A stretch of DNA of 59,099 nucleotides from Leptolyngbyales cyanobacterium (GCA_038208945.1 JBBQYE010000001.1:1-59099), one strand, 5' to 3'; positions 34,254-43,735 are shown, counted from the first letter of the stretch. Notes: a model not told the origin generated them from the letters alone. A program made the numbers and translations.

Positions 34254-35609
34254 GTGGAAGACGTAGAACTGACTCTAACACCAGACGATTACAGTCTTCT
34301 TACTGACCTCTATCAACTGACGATGGCAGCCTGCTATGTCGGCGAAAACATCGACCAGCGCCGTGCCAGCTTTGAGATTACCGTCCGTCGATTGCCGCCT
34401 CAGTGCGGATACTTGATTGCGATGGGGCTTGCTCAAGCGCTGGACTACTTAGAGAAATTTCGATTCAGTGCTGCTCAGGTTGAAGCGCTTCAGTCGATCG
34501 GCATTTTTGACCACGCCCCCGCTCGGTTTTGGACTCTGCTGCGAGAAGCTCAGTTTAGTGGCGATGTTTGGGCAGTGCCAGAAGGAACCGCCATCTTCGC
34601 TAACGAACCCTTGCTGCGGATAGAAGCCCCGCTCTGGCAAGCGCAACTCGTCGAAACTTATCTATTAAACACGCTGAACTATCAAACACTGGTGGCGACT
34701 CGATCGGCGCGAATGCGTGACGTAGCGGGAGCAGACGCAACTCTATTAGAGTTTGGCACTCGCAGAGCCTTTAGTCCCCAGGGTGCTTTGTGGGCGGCTC
34801 GTGCAGCCCTCGCAGCAGGATTAGATGCCACGTCTAACGTGTTAGCTGCTGTCAAACTAGGACGCGTCCCGTCTGGCACGATAGCACACGCGCTCGTGAT
34901 GGCATTGAGCGCAACAGAAGGCACTGAGGCAGAGGCATTTACGGCATTTCATCGCTACTTTCCCGGCGCGCCGCTGTTGATTGATACCTATGACACGATC
35001 GCGGCGGCTCATGCCTTATCCGACCAAATCAAAGCGGGGAATCTTCAGCTATCGGCGGTGCGAATCGATTCAGGTGATTTGGGGTCGCTATCTCAGCAGG
35101 TGCGGGCAATATTGCCAGGAGTCGCCATCATTGCAAGCGGTGACTTGGATGAATGGAGGATTGCTGAACTTAAGGCGGCAGGAGCCTGTATCGATGGGTA
35201 TGGAATTGGAACGCAGCTTGTGACAGGTTCTCCGGTAAATGGAGTCTATAAACTGGTGGAAATTGGCGACATTCCGGTGATGAAAGAGTCTCCTGGCAAG
35301 ATTACCTATCCAGGGCGGAAGCAGATTTTTCGTCGTGTTGAGAACGGAATCGTGCAGCGCGATCGTTTAGGTTTAATCCACGAAACTCCTGATCACGAAC
35401 AGCCTTTAATGCAGCTTGTTTTCAAGCAGGGGCAGCGAATGCAAGAATCAGACAGTTTGAGTACGATCGCTGAACGAACCCGCGACTCTGTTGCCAGTTT
35501 GCCTCCCTCCGTTCGAGATATCGATCAGCCCAAATCCATTCCGTTAGATCTATCTGATCATCTGTCTGCTCTAATCGAAAAAACTCGACGAAAAACAGTC
35601 GAGTCGTGA
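34254..35609 (+). CDS. pncB: Nicotinate phosphoribosyltransferase
   Basis: LLTDLYQLTM, EFGTRRA, LIDTYDT, VRIDSGD and GVYKLV. Confidence 0.95.
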   Translation: MEDVELTLTPDDYSLLTDLYQLTMAACYVGENIDQRRASFEITVRRLPPQCGYLIAMGLAQALDYLEKFRFSAAQVEALQSIGIFDHAPARFWTLLREAQFSGDVWAVPEGTAIFANEPLLRIEAPLWQAQLVETYLLNTLNYQTLVATRSARMRDVAGADATLLEFGTRRAFSPQGALWAARAALAAGLDATSNVLAAVKLGRVPSGTIAHALVMALSATEGTEAEAFTAFHRYFPGAPLLIDTYDTIAAAHALSDQIKAGNLQLSAVRIDSGDLGSLSQQVRAILPGVAIIASGDLDEWRIAELKAAGACIDGYGIGTQLVTGSPVNGVYKLVEIGDIPVMKESPGKITYPGRKQIFRRVENGIVQRDRLGLIHETPDHEQPLMQLVFKQGQRMQESDSLSTIAERTRDSVASLPPSVRDIDQPKSIPLDLSDHLSALIEKTRRKTVES

Positions 35610-35649
35610 ACGTTTTGGGATCAAAGATTCTCCTTCACCCGTCTAACTT

Positions 35650-36246
35650 ATGTTAAGAGTTGCTTTGTTTGGCACTAGCGCTGACCCACCTACAAGAGGA
35701 CATCTTGCCATCTTGTGCTGGCTCTCTCAGCACTTTGATCAGGTCGCGGTGTGGGCATCTGATAACCCATTTAAGTCTCACCAAACAGCGTTAGATCATC
35801 GGACTGAGATGTTGCGACTGCTGATCAGCGACTTGAATTTTCCCCGACAGAATATTCAGGTGTATCCAGAGTTGAGCAATTCTCGCACGGTGGTCACGGT
35901 TGAACGGGCGCAGGAACTCTGGCAGAGTGCAGAATTTACGCTGGTGGTCGGGTCTGATTTGGTGCGTCAACTGCCAAAATGGTTTCGGGCGAGAGACTTG
36001 CTCGATCGAGTCAAACTCTTAGTGGTGCCCCGACCTGGATACTCAATTTCAGACAGCGAGTTAGACCCGTTGAGGCAGATCGGAGCCGATGTAACGATCG
36101 CCGATCTCAATGCCCCAAACGTCTCATCTACCGCCTATCGTGAGCAGGGAGAAACCGAAGGAGTGACTTCTCTGATTCAGGCTTATATCGATCGGGAGCA
36201 ATTGTACAGATGTCACGCACGCAGAGAAAAATTGCCCACTTATTGA
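35650..36246 (+). CDS. nadD: Nicotinate-nucleotide adenylyltransferase
   Basis: FGTSADPPT.GH, VGSD and VSST.YR. Confidence 0.92.
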   Translation: MLRVALFGTSADPPTRGHLAILCWLSQHFDQVAVWASDNPFKSHQTALDHRTEMLRLLISDLNFPRQNIQVYPELSNSRTVVTVERAQELWQSAEFTLVVGSDLVRQLPKWFRARDLLDRVKLLVVPRPGYSISDSELDPLRQIGADVTIADLNAPNVSSTAYREQGETEGVTSLIQAYIDREQLYRCHARREKLPTY

Positions 36247-36953
36247 AGGGAGAGGCGTTAGCAGATTTTAGAGTGGGCGTTGATAACGCAATCTTCTCAG
36301 TCGATACCGCGCTGAATCGGCTGCTGGTGCTGCTGGTGATGCGCCAAGAAGAACCCTTTTTGGGACAGTGGAGTCTGCCCGGAACGCTGGTCAGACAGGG
36401 CGAATCGCTAGAGAATGCCGCCTATCGAATCTTGGCTGAAAAGATTCGGGTGCGAAATCTCTATCTAGAGCAACTCTACACGTTTGGCGGTCCAAATCGT
36501 GATCCGCGTGAGGCAGATGATAGCTATGGTGTTCGCTACTTGTCGGTTAGCTATTTTGCGCTGGTGCGCTATGCCGAAGCTGAACTGATTGCCGATGGTG
36601 TGAGCGGCATTGCCTGGTATCCGTTAGATCAGTTGCCGCAGTTGGCATTTGACCACAACACGATTTTGGAATATGGACATTGCCGACTCAAAAATAAGCT
36701 GGAATACAGTCCCGTCGCGTTTGATGTGTTGCCCGAAGTTTTTACGCTGAGTGATTTGTTCCAGCTTTATACAACGGTGCTGGGAGAAAACTTCTCAGAT
36801 TATTCAAACTTCCGATCGCGCTTGCTCAAACTCGGCTTTCTCAGAGACACGGGGATCAAAGCCTCACGGGGGGCGGGTCGTCCAGCGAGTCTCTATCGAT
36901 TTGATGCAGAAGCCTTTGCTCCTCTAAAAGACAAACCCTTGGTATTTATTTGA
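36210..36953 (+). CDS. nrtR: NUDIX-wHTH transcriptional regulator NrtR
   Basis: NUDIX-like WSLPG, EQLYTF...RDPR, LAFDH and C-terminal GRPA.LYRF. Confidence 0.9.
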   Translation: MSRTQRKIAHLLKGEALADFRVGVDNAIFSVDTALNRLLVLLVMRQEEPFLGQWSLPGTLVRQGESLENAAYRILAEKIRVRNLYLEQLYTFGGPNRDPREADDSYGVRYLSVSYFALVRYAEAELIADGVSGIAWYPLDQLPQLAFDHNTILEYGHCRLKNKLEYSPVAFDVLPEVFTLSDLFQLYTTVLGENFSDYSNFRSRLLKLGFLRDTGIKASRGAGRPASLYRFDAEAFAPLKDKPLVFI

Positions 36954-36975
36954 CGGTTAGAAAAGGAGGCTGACG

Positions 36976-38694
36976 GTGAAGATTGCGATCGCTCAACTCA
37001 ACCCGACGATCGGGGATTTAGACGGAAATGCTCAACGAATCTTAAACGCCGCGCAACGAGCCGCGAGTGAGGGAGTGCGATTGCTGCTTACGCCAGAGTT
37101 GTCGTTGTGCGGATATCCGCCGCGCGATTTGTTGCTCGATCCCAGTTTTGTCGAGATGATGACTCGAACGCTGTTAACGCTGGCTGAAACGTTGCCGACG
37201 GGCGTTGCGGTTTTAGTCGGAACCGTGGAACCGAATCCTCGATCGCACCAAAATGGTGGCAAACCTCTGTTCAATAGCGTTGCTCTCTTAGAACAGGGAA
37301 CCATTCAACAAATCTTTCACAAACGGCTGTTGCCAACCTATGACGTGTTTGATGAAGACCGCTATTTTGAACCTGGAAACGAGTCAAACCAGTTCACCTT
37401 AGAGCATTTGGGGCAGTCGGTTCGGATGGGTGTCACCATTTGCGAAGACCTTTGGAATGATGAAGAGTTTTGGGGTAAACGGACGTATACGCTGAACCCG
37501 ATCGCCGATCTTGCTCAACAAGGTGTTGATTTCACGATTAATCTGTCGGCATCTCCTTATACGGTCGGTAAACAACGGCTGCGAGAAGCGATGCTGCAAC
37601 ATGGAGCCGTCAGATTCGATCAGCCGATCGTTTATGCCAATCAAGTGGGCGGCAATGACGATCTAATTTTTGATGGTAGTAGTGTCGCCGTCGATCGTCA
37701 CGGAAATCTAGTGTGTCGTGCCCGTGCTTTTGATGAAGATTGGGTCGAGATCGACTACAATCCCGACACTCAGGATTTTCTGCCTAGCTCGATCGCGCCT
37801 GCTCCCGACTGTGACGAAGCCGAAATTTGGGCAGCGCTGGTAATGGGCGTGCGGGATTATGCTCGCAAGTGTGGCTTTTCAAAAGTTGTGTTGGGGTTAA
37901 GTGGCGGCATTGATTCGGCTCTAGTTGCTGCGATCGCTGCCTCTGCTCTCGGTGCTGAGAATGTGCTGGGTGTCTTGATGCCTTCGCCCTACAGTTCTGA
38001 TCACTCCGTTGACGATGCGTTAGAACTTGCTAGAAATATTGGGATTAAGACTCAGACATTGGCGATCGCGAATCTCATGCAAAGTTACGACCAAACCCTA
38101 GAAGACTTATTTGCCGGGACAGAGTTTGGCATCGCAGAAGAGAATCTTCAGTCTCGAATTCGGGGCACGTTGTTGATGGCAATCTCCAACAAATTTGGCT
38201 ATTTGCTCGTCTCTACGGGCAACAAATCTGAGATGGCGGTCGGCTACTGCACGCTATACGGCGACATGAACGGAGGACTGGCAGCGATCGCAGATGTCCC
38301 TAAAACCCGCGTCTACTCCATCTGCAAATGGTTGGGTTCTGACATCATTCCTGCCCACATCGTCACCAAAGCACCCAGCGCTGAGTTAAAGCCAGGGCAG
38401 GTGGATCAAGACTCGCTGCCAGCCTACGAGATTTTGGACGACATTCTCGATCGCTTGATTCATCAACACCAGTCCGCTACCGAAATCGTTGCTGCTGGAC
38501 ATGAGCAAGTTATTGTCGATCGCATCATCAAACTCGTAACCATTGCAGAATTCAAGCGTCGCCAAGCGCCACCGGGACTGAAAATCACCGATCGCGCGTT
38601 TGGTACGGGCTGGAGAATGCCGATCGCCACTAAATGGATTTCTCGAACTGCGAGAGCGATCGATCCTGTGAAACAACCCTCTCAGCCTGTTTGA
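36976..38694 (+). CDS. nadE: Glutamine-dependent NAD+ synthetase
   Basis: Nitrilase domain (PE, K, ICED) plus GLSGGIDS, TGNKSE and EFKRRQAPP. Confidence 0.96.
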   Translation: MKIAIAQLNPTIGDLDGNAQRILNAAQRAASEGVRLLLTPELSLCGYPPRDLLLDPSFVEMMTRTLLTLAETLPTGVAVLVGTVEPNPRSHQNGGKPLFNSVALLEQGTIQQIFHKRLLPTYDVFDEDRYFEPGNESNQFTLEHLGQSVRMGVTICEDLWNDEEFWGKRTYTLNPIADLAQQGVDFTINLSASPYTVGKQRLREAMLQHGAVRFDQPIVYANQVGGNDDLIFDGSSVAVDRHGNLVCRARAFDEDWVEIDYNPDTQDFLPSSIAPAPDCDEAEIWAALVMGVRDYARKCGFSKVVLGLSGGIDSALVAAIAASALGAENVLGVLMPSPYSSDHSVDDALELARNIGIKTQTLAIANLMQSYDQTLEDLFAGTEFGIAEENLQSRIRGTLLMAISNKFGYLLVSTGNKSEMAVGYCTLYGDMNGGLAAIADVPKTRVYSICKWLGSDIIPAHIVTKAPSAELKPGQVDQDSLPAYEILDDILDRLIHQHQSATEIVAAGHEQVIVDRIIKLVTIAEFKRRQAPPGLKITDRAFGTGWRMPIATKWISRTARAIDPVKQPSQPV

Positions 38695-38762
38695 CTTGGA
38701 GACTATTCAAGGATTGCTTCACATCCCAAGCGGTAATCGGCGGCTCCCTAAAGCCCGACTTC

Positions 38763-39134
38763 CTAGAGTTGAATGGTGATTTTGTTGTGCAATTCCTCCA
38801 CTCGAATCAGTGAACCGTTACCCAGGACAATGTTGAACTTCACTAGCGATCGTTCAACTTGATATCCCGGCAACACTCGAACAATCTGATACTCCGTCGT
38901 CAAATCACTCGTGCCGTCCCATTTAAGGAATGCCAGTTGATTGGACGCAACCTCACTCAGTTGCGAAACAAAGTCTTCAATCACATCGCTAACATTCGGA
39001 ATAATGCCAGACGATAGGAAGATATAACGCTCTTGCAAATCTAACGTAATGCTAACTCGATAACGTTTTTCGGTTGAGCATCGCAACTCAACCGTGAACG
39101 AAATCGAGCTAGGAATCACAGTCCTAACTCCCAT
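38763..39134 (-). CDS. Hypothetical protein, 123 aa, no recognisable family
   Basis: ATG with a GAGAGG RBS that is embedded in a 13-bp perfect inverted repeat. Confidence 0.65.
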   Translation of the reverse strand: MGVRTVIPSSISFTVELRCSTEKRYRVSITLDLQERYIFLSSGIIPNVSDVIEDFVSQLSEVASNQLAFLKWDGTSDLTTEYQIVRVLPGYQVERSLVKFNIVLGNGSLIRVEELHNKITIQL

Positions 39135-39151
39135 AGTTTTTGTCCTCTCGG

Positions 39152-39271
39152 TTAATTCAAAGAGGACAAAAACACTGATTTCTCAGACGGTCTGTAGGGG
39201 AGAAAAATGGTTGCAGGATCTTGATTCCAGCCTTTCAAGATCCCATAGCAAAGCTGACGGTGTACAATCAT
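39152..39271 (-). CDS. Putative 39-aa leader peptide
   Basis: GGAGG RBS; MIVHRQLCYGILKGWNQDPATIFLPYRPSEKSVFLSSLN; stop codon lies in the loop of the RBS-sequestering hairpin. Confidence 0.45.
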   Translation of the reverse strand: MIVHRQLCYGILKGWNQDPATIFLPYRPSEKSVFLSSLN

Positions 39272-39274
39272 GAA

Positions 39275-39392
39275 CGCCTCCTGAGTTAATGCTAGTAACT
39301 AGGGATGGAAGTCCTCGGAGTCTGATCGGCAAATCAGATTTCGGGGCATAACTTCATCACTGCGATGTATTCTACAAGAGTTTTTGGTTTTT
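39275..39392 (+). ncRNA. Candidate antisense RNA
   Basis: TACAAT -10-like box at 39263-39268; hairpin 39304-39358 whose mismatches are G-U pairs on the plus strand only; T-tracts downstream. Confidence 0.35.
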
Positions 39393-39571
39393 TGGAATGC
39401 TGAATTTTTGAGGCGCGTTGCCTTCGGCTCTTGCAAAGCCGATCGTTGTTTTGGGAAAGTGCGAGGCGATTAGCCGATCGGGGAACTGCGAAGCGATCGT
39501 TTCTCTAGGATCTCTGATGAAAAGTGAAGGCAGATATAAAGTTTCGGGGTATCTGCCCAAATCAGGGCGAT

Positions 39572-39605
39572 ATACGGAAACTTTTCGTATAATCAATAGT
39601 TAGCC
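39572..39605 (+). mobile_element. attI-like integron recombination site
   Basis: GTATAAT-caata-GTTAGCC has the 7-5-7 simple-site spacing and sits at the 5' boundary of the first cassette. Confidence 0.6.
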
Positions 39606-39772
39606 ATCTTCTTCCTCCGGTTAAGGCAGTAGCTTGAAGGTTAACTGTGGGGCATTATCTTCTGTAATGTGTTCAGGATATTCCTGAAATGGGCACTCTA
39701 GTACTGATAGGTATAAGAAGCATTCGGAACCATTATCTAAAAGTTCAATTAAACCGCATAGGAAGAAGTGAA

Positions 39773-42700
39773 ATGGACATCGCTCGACAGCTAGCTGAGA
39801 AATACCCTAATCTTTTTGATCCATTGGTTAATTCATACTGGGAAGCTGAACCAGCTAGTAAAGAGTATCGAAAGCTAAGTAAAGTAATCAAGCAATTACT
39901 CGGTCAAGACGATCATCACGCAGAAATGATACAAATGCGTCTTGGCAACCAAACTTTACAAGCTATTGGTGATCAGTTCAACTTAACCCGTGAACGTGTC
40001 CGTCAAATAATCATTAAGTATGACAGTTATATAACCAATATTGATGTTGGTTCAAAAGAATGGTGTATTAGATTAGTCAACCAGCTACTTAGATCCCAAG
40101 CTGATCCCAAAAAACTTCCCTCAAATGAAGAGTTAGAAAATCTTCATTTGAAGCTCACAGGTGCTCTTAGAGAGCATTTCACATCAGCAAAGAAGTATGG
40201 CAAGCTAAATGAAAAAAATCGGTTAGAGCTTGTCAAATTATTTGAACTTGATGTTGATTCTGAAGTTAAAAATCACCGATCTTGGTCTCTAGAACGATTG
40301 ATTTACGACGTTCGAGAGTTTGCAAAGCAAATTGGTAAGCCTGATTTTATGCCCATGCAGCTAGAAATGGCTGAGTATGGACGAAGTGATTTAAGGGGTG
40401 TGATTCAGCGATTTGGTGGTCAATCCAAAGTTGCAGAACTTTCTGGACTCAGGTATCAAGGGCAAACCGTTGCACCTGACGGTTCACGTACTTATTGGAC
40501 TGAAGAGCGCATTCGGGCTTTTCTTTATGAAGTTGCTGAAAAAGAAGGGCATCCCGGTTATATGCCTACTCAAGCAGACTGCGTCAAATATTCACAGAAG
40601 CAGAACGCAAGCATACTTTCTATTTTTACTCGTGCGTTCACACCAAAAGAACCTACTCTGAGTTGGCTTGATGTCGCTCAAAAATATGGACTTAAATATG
40701 ACTCTGAATACCATAGAGTTACTATTGCCTACATTCGTTCATTTGTTAAGTCATTAGGTGATGCTCTCTATAACCTTACACCTGCTGAAATTTATGTCTT
40801 ATTTGAGCAGCAAGGAATAAACAAAGCTGGTGGAAATACGAATATAAGAACGTTTGATAATCTTGTCCACGCAATTCAAACCGGAAATTTGCCTAGAGAG
40901 GAGATAGAAAAGTGGGCAAACGGCGGCAGCAGTCATATTACACAAGCGCTTCTTGATCCTGAGAACAAAACGGTTGAAGAAGCATTTTCAAAAGCTGATA
41001 ATTTCTTAAATAAGGTTAGCCATAAAAACAAGAAAGACAACCTTAATGATGAGTCTTATAAAGAAGATCTAACTCAAGATTTACCTATAACAAGAGTTTC
41101 AGACACTTTAAGTTCTCTTGCTAAAATTACAGATATCCTAATTGACGGATCTAGCGATGAAGAGGCTATTAAATTCCTGATTTCTAAGGCAATAGCAAAA
41201 CTTTGGAAGCGTTGCTTCTATGAGGAAGAAAAGGCTTTAATAGAAGCGAAGCAGCATAAAGGAAATATTTATAGCGAGGCAGTGCGAGATACTTTCATTG
41301 ATGAATACACACGTTGCAAGCAGTTACCTCTGCCTGAAGGTTACTCGTTTATAGATTTGAGTGGAATCAGGCGTGAGCCTAAACTCATGCAAAGACTAAT
41401 TTCTTACCGTGTCTTGAAAGATGGTCGTGTTCTTAACCTCAGCGGTACTGGTACGGGTAAGACTTTATCAGCAGTTCTTGCGAGTCGTGTGATTGGTTCT
41501 CAACTAACAGTCATCGCTTGTCCTAACGCTACAATTGATGGCTGGGCTACAACGATTAGAAGTGCTTTCGCAAAGTCCGAAATTGCTTCAAAAAGTTGGA
41601 CTCCTATTTGGTCAACTGAAGGATTACCGCGTTATTTACTGATAAATCATGAGATGTTTCAGAATCGCTTTGAAGGTTTAATTAAGCGATTTATTAACAA
41701 CAATGCTATAGATTTTGTTGTTATAGATGAATTACATCAGGTAAAACAAAGGGATGAAGATCTTGAAACTCAGCGTCGTAGATTGATAAATGGTTTAATT
41801 ACCGATGTTCCAGAGGATAGACCAAAACCTCGTGTACTAGGAATGTCTGCGACACCAGTTGTTAACAATCTGTATGAAGGTAAATCTTTAGTTGAGTTGG
41901 TAAGTAGTCTGCGTCATGATGATATTGGTACGGCAACAAATATTCATAATTGCATGAAGCTCTATCAGAAGTTCACTACAATGGGCTTCCGAATGGTGCC
42001 TCAAAATCAAATTTCTCGCACCCCACAAATTCATCCGGTTGACTGTACTCCCTATCTCGAAGATTTATTTGCGCTAGGACACCATCCCCATCCTCAGCAA
42101 GTAGAAGCAATCCTAGTTCGCGCTCGTTGGTCTATCATTCGACAGCATCTTCGGACAAAAACAGTCATTTTTACTGAGTATGTAAAAGATATTGTCCCGT
42201 ACCTGGTTCAGCAGATCAAGCAAGCAGGAATGTCTGTTGGTGTCTATACAGGTAACGACAAATATGCCACGGAAGCAGGCTATAAGGATATGCTGGAGCA
42301 GTTTCTGAAAGGCGATGTTGAGATTTTAGTGGCATCAATTAAGTGTCTTGGTACTGGTGTCGATGGGCTTCAGCTTGTTTCTAATAATATAATTTTTGCT
42401 ACTTTGCCCTGGACTAGCACTGACTATGAGCAGGCAATCGGTCGTTTTGATCGCGAAGGGTTTGTGTTCGATAAGCTTGATATCCATATTCCTAAAACTT
42501 ATGCGATTCTAAGTGATGGTAAGGAATGGAGTTGGTGCGAGTCTAAACTACTCCGGCTTGAAAATAAGCGAGATATTGCAAAAGCGGCCGTCGATGGAGA
42601 AATACCCGATAGTAATAGCCAGTTGACCCCAGCAAAAGCTACTCAATATTTGTTGGGATGGCTGAGAAGGTTAAGTGAAGAAGGGCTGAATGAAATTGAA

Positions 42701-43363
42701 CGCAAACAAATTCGAGTTCCTCTAGATGAAGCAAGCGATGCTGAAGTTTCTCACCGCTATGCATCTTACGGTGATTTTGCAACACTGAATGCTCGTTGGA
42801 ATAACTCTCATTCTAGTGTTACTTATGAACGGCTTAGTAAAAACTCAGAAGAATGGTGTTATTACCACACTCGAATGGATGAACTTGAGGCTTCTTGGCA
42901 AGTAGTTCCGCGTGAACAGTGTGTTCAACATCTCACGGAAAATTTACCTTCAGGTTCCGTTATTGGAGACTTTGGCTGTGGTCAAGCAAAATTAGCTGAA
43001 GCCTTGAGGGAGGTTCACACTGTTCACTCCTTTGATCATGTTGCAATAACTCGAAGCGTAGTTGCCAGTGATATGGCTAATACGCCCCTAGATGATGCAA
43101 CACTAGATGCTGCTGTCTTCAGCCTCTCTTTAATGGGAGCCAACATCAAAGACTATATTGCAGAAGCATACCGTACCCTAAAGCCTGGTGGTCAATTGCT
43201 CATCTATCATCCCGCTAAACATCATGACAGGCTTAAATTTGTCGAAGGATTAAACCATTTAGGTTTGGCTATAGTTCAGCATGACGAAATCTACAAGTGG
43301 CATTATATTTGGGCAATTAAACAAGGTCGTCAAGAGAATCCATCTGCTGATGTGAGTTTTTAA
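39773..43363 (+). CDS. Sigma70-r4-like HTH + helical repeats + SF2 helicase + Rrp8-like SAM methyltransferase fusion
   Basis: TLQAIGDQFNLTRERVRQI; GTGTGKT, IDELHQ, GMSATP, TGVDG, QAIGRFDR; IGDFGCGQAKLA, AVFSLSLMG, RTLKPGG. The ORF opens at 39689 but ATG 39773 has the better RBS. Confidence 0.88.
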   Translation: MDIARQLAEKYPNLFDPLVNSYWEAEPASKEYRKLSKVIKQLLGQDDHHAEMIQMRLGNQTLQAIGDQFNLTRERVRQIIIKYDSYITNIDVGSKEWCIRLVNQLLRSQADPKKLPSNEELENLHLKLTGALREHFTSAKKYGKLNEKNRLELVKLFELDVDSEVKNHRSWSLERLIYDVREFAKQIGKPDFMPMQLEMAEYGRSDLRGVIQRFGGQSKVAELSGLRYQGQTVAPDGSRTYWTEERIRAFLYEVAEKEGHPGYMPTQADCVKYSQKQNASILSIFTRAFTPKEPTLSWLDVAQKYGLKYDSEYHRVTIAYIRSFVKSLGDALYNLTPAEIYVLFEQQGINKAGGNTNIRTFDNLVHAIQTGNLPREEIEKWANGGSSHITQALLDPENKTVEEAFSKADNFLNKVSHKNKKDNLNDESYKEDLTQDLPITRVSDTLSSLAKITDILIDGSSDEEAIKFLISKAIAKLWKRCFYEEEKALIEAKQHKGNIYSEAVRDTFIDEYTRCKQLPLPEGYSFIDLSGIRREPKLMQRLISYRVLKDGRVLNLSGTGTGKTLSAVLASRVIGSQLTVIACPNATIDGWATTIRSAFAKSEIASKSWTPIWSTEGLPRYLLINHEMFQNRFEGLIKRFINNNAIDFVVIDELHQVKQRDEDLETQRRRLINGLITDVPEDRPKPRVLGMSATPVVNNLYEGKSLVELVSSLRHDDIGTATNIHNCMKLYQKFTTMGFRMVPQNQISRTPQIHPVDCTPYLEDLFALGHHPHPQQVEAILVRARWSIIRQHLRTKTVIFTEYVKDIVPYLVQQIKQAGMSVGVYTGNDKYATEAGYKDMLEQFLKGDVEILVASIKCLGTGVDGLQLVSNNIIFATLPWTSTDYEQAIGRFDREGFVFDKLDIHIPKTYAILSDGKEWSWCESKLLRLENKRDIAKAAVDGEIPDSNSQLTPAKATQYLLGWLRRLSEEGLNEIERKQIRVPLDEASDAEVSHRYASYGDFATLNARWNNSHSSVTYERLSKNSEEWCYYHTRMDELEASWQVVPREQCVQHLTENLPSGSVIGDFGCGQAKLAEALREVHTVHSFDHVAITRSVVASDMANTPLDDATLDAAVFSLSLMGANIKDYIAEAYRTLKPGGQLLIYHPAKHHDRLKFVEGLNHLGLAIVQHDEIYKWHYIWAIKQGRQENPSADVSF

Positions 43364-43399
43364 CCATAAGCGAGTAGTTTGCGCTAGAGTACGCCAGAT

Positions 43400-43485
43400 G
43401 GCTAACACTGCGTTGGTGCGGACGGAACGAAGGCTATCTGTGGGAGTTCAAGGTTGTCTGCCGCCGCACAACTTCACCGTTGGGT
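43400..43485 (+). mobile_element. attC site 1 (86 bp)
   Basis: R'' GGCTAAC, 5-nt spacer, L'' GTTGGTGC ... L' GCACAAC, 6-nt spacer, R' GTTGGGT; two extrahelical bases at the expected positions. Confidence 0.85.
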
Positions 43486-43595
43486 TGCCTCTATCAAAGG
43501 GCGCAAAGTGTTGGTGTTTCCTAGCTGTTTGCGTTTTTTCGATCGCGACCTCCCGATCGTTCATCAAACTTTGGATTTGATCAAAATCAGGTGAG
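43479..43595 (+). repeat. 117-bp direct repeat, copy 1
   Basis: Near-identical to 44984-45100. Confidence 0.93.
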
Positions 43596-43735
43596 TGCGA
43601 TCGCCGATCTTGTAGGTTGGATTGACCCAGAAAACCAAACCACTTCTCGTTTGCTCCCCATCATTGCTTCGATAACTGCCCACTACATTGCTCAGGTTAA
43701 AATGTAGGGGCTAAAGTTGAAACGAGGTCAAACTC

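Noticed and set aside
38700-39600. Integron integrase (intI) upstream of the attI-like site
   Set aside because: No ORF or fragment with tyrosine-recombinase motifs was found on either strand by eye; a heavily decayed remnant cannot be excluded.
39372-39603. ORFs 39372-39596 (-) and 39418-39603 (+)
   Set aside because: TTG starts, no RBS or motif, and they overlap the attI-like site; probably spurious.
39593-39620. Minus-strand GGAGG followed by ATG GCT AAC TAT TGA micro-ORF
   Set aside because: Only four codons, and explained by the cassette-boundary sequence GTTAGCCATC.
39689-43363. Classical Type I/III/IIG restriction-modification enzyme
   Set aside because: No NPPY/DPPY/PC methylase motif or clear nuclease motif was seen, and the methyltransferase is C-terminal and Rrp8-like.
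43398-43580. 60-aa ORF MANTALVRTERR...
   Set aside because: It is a translation of attC1 plus the repeated tail.
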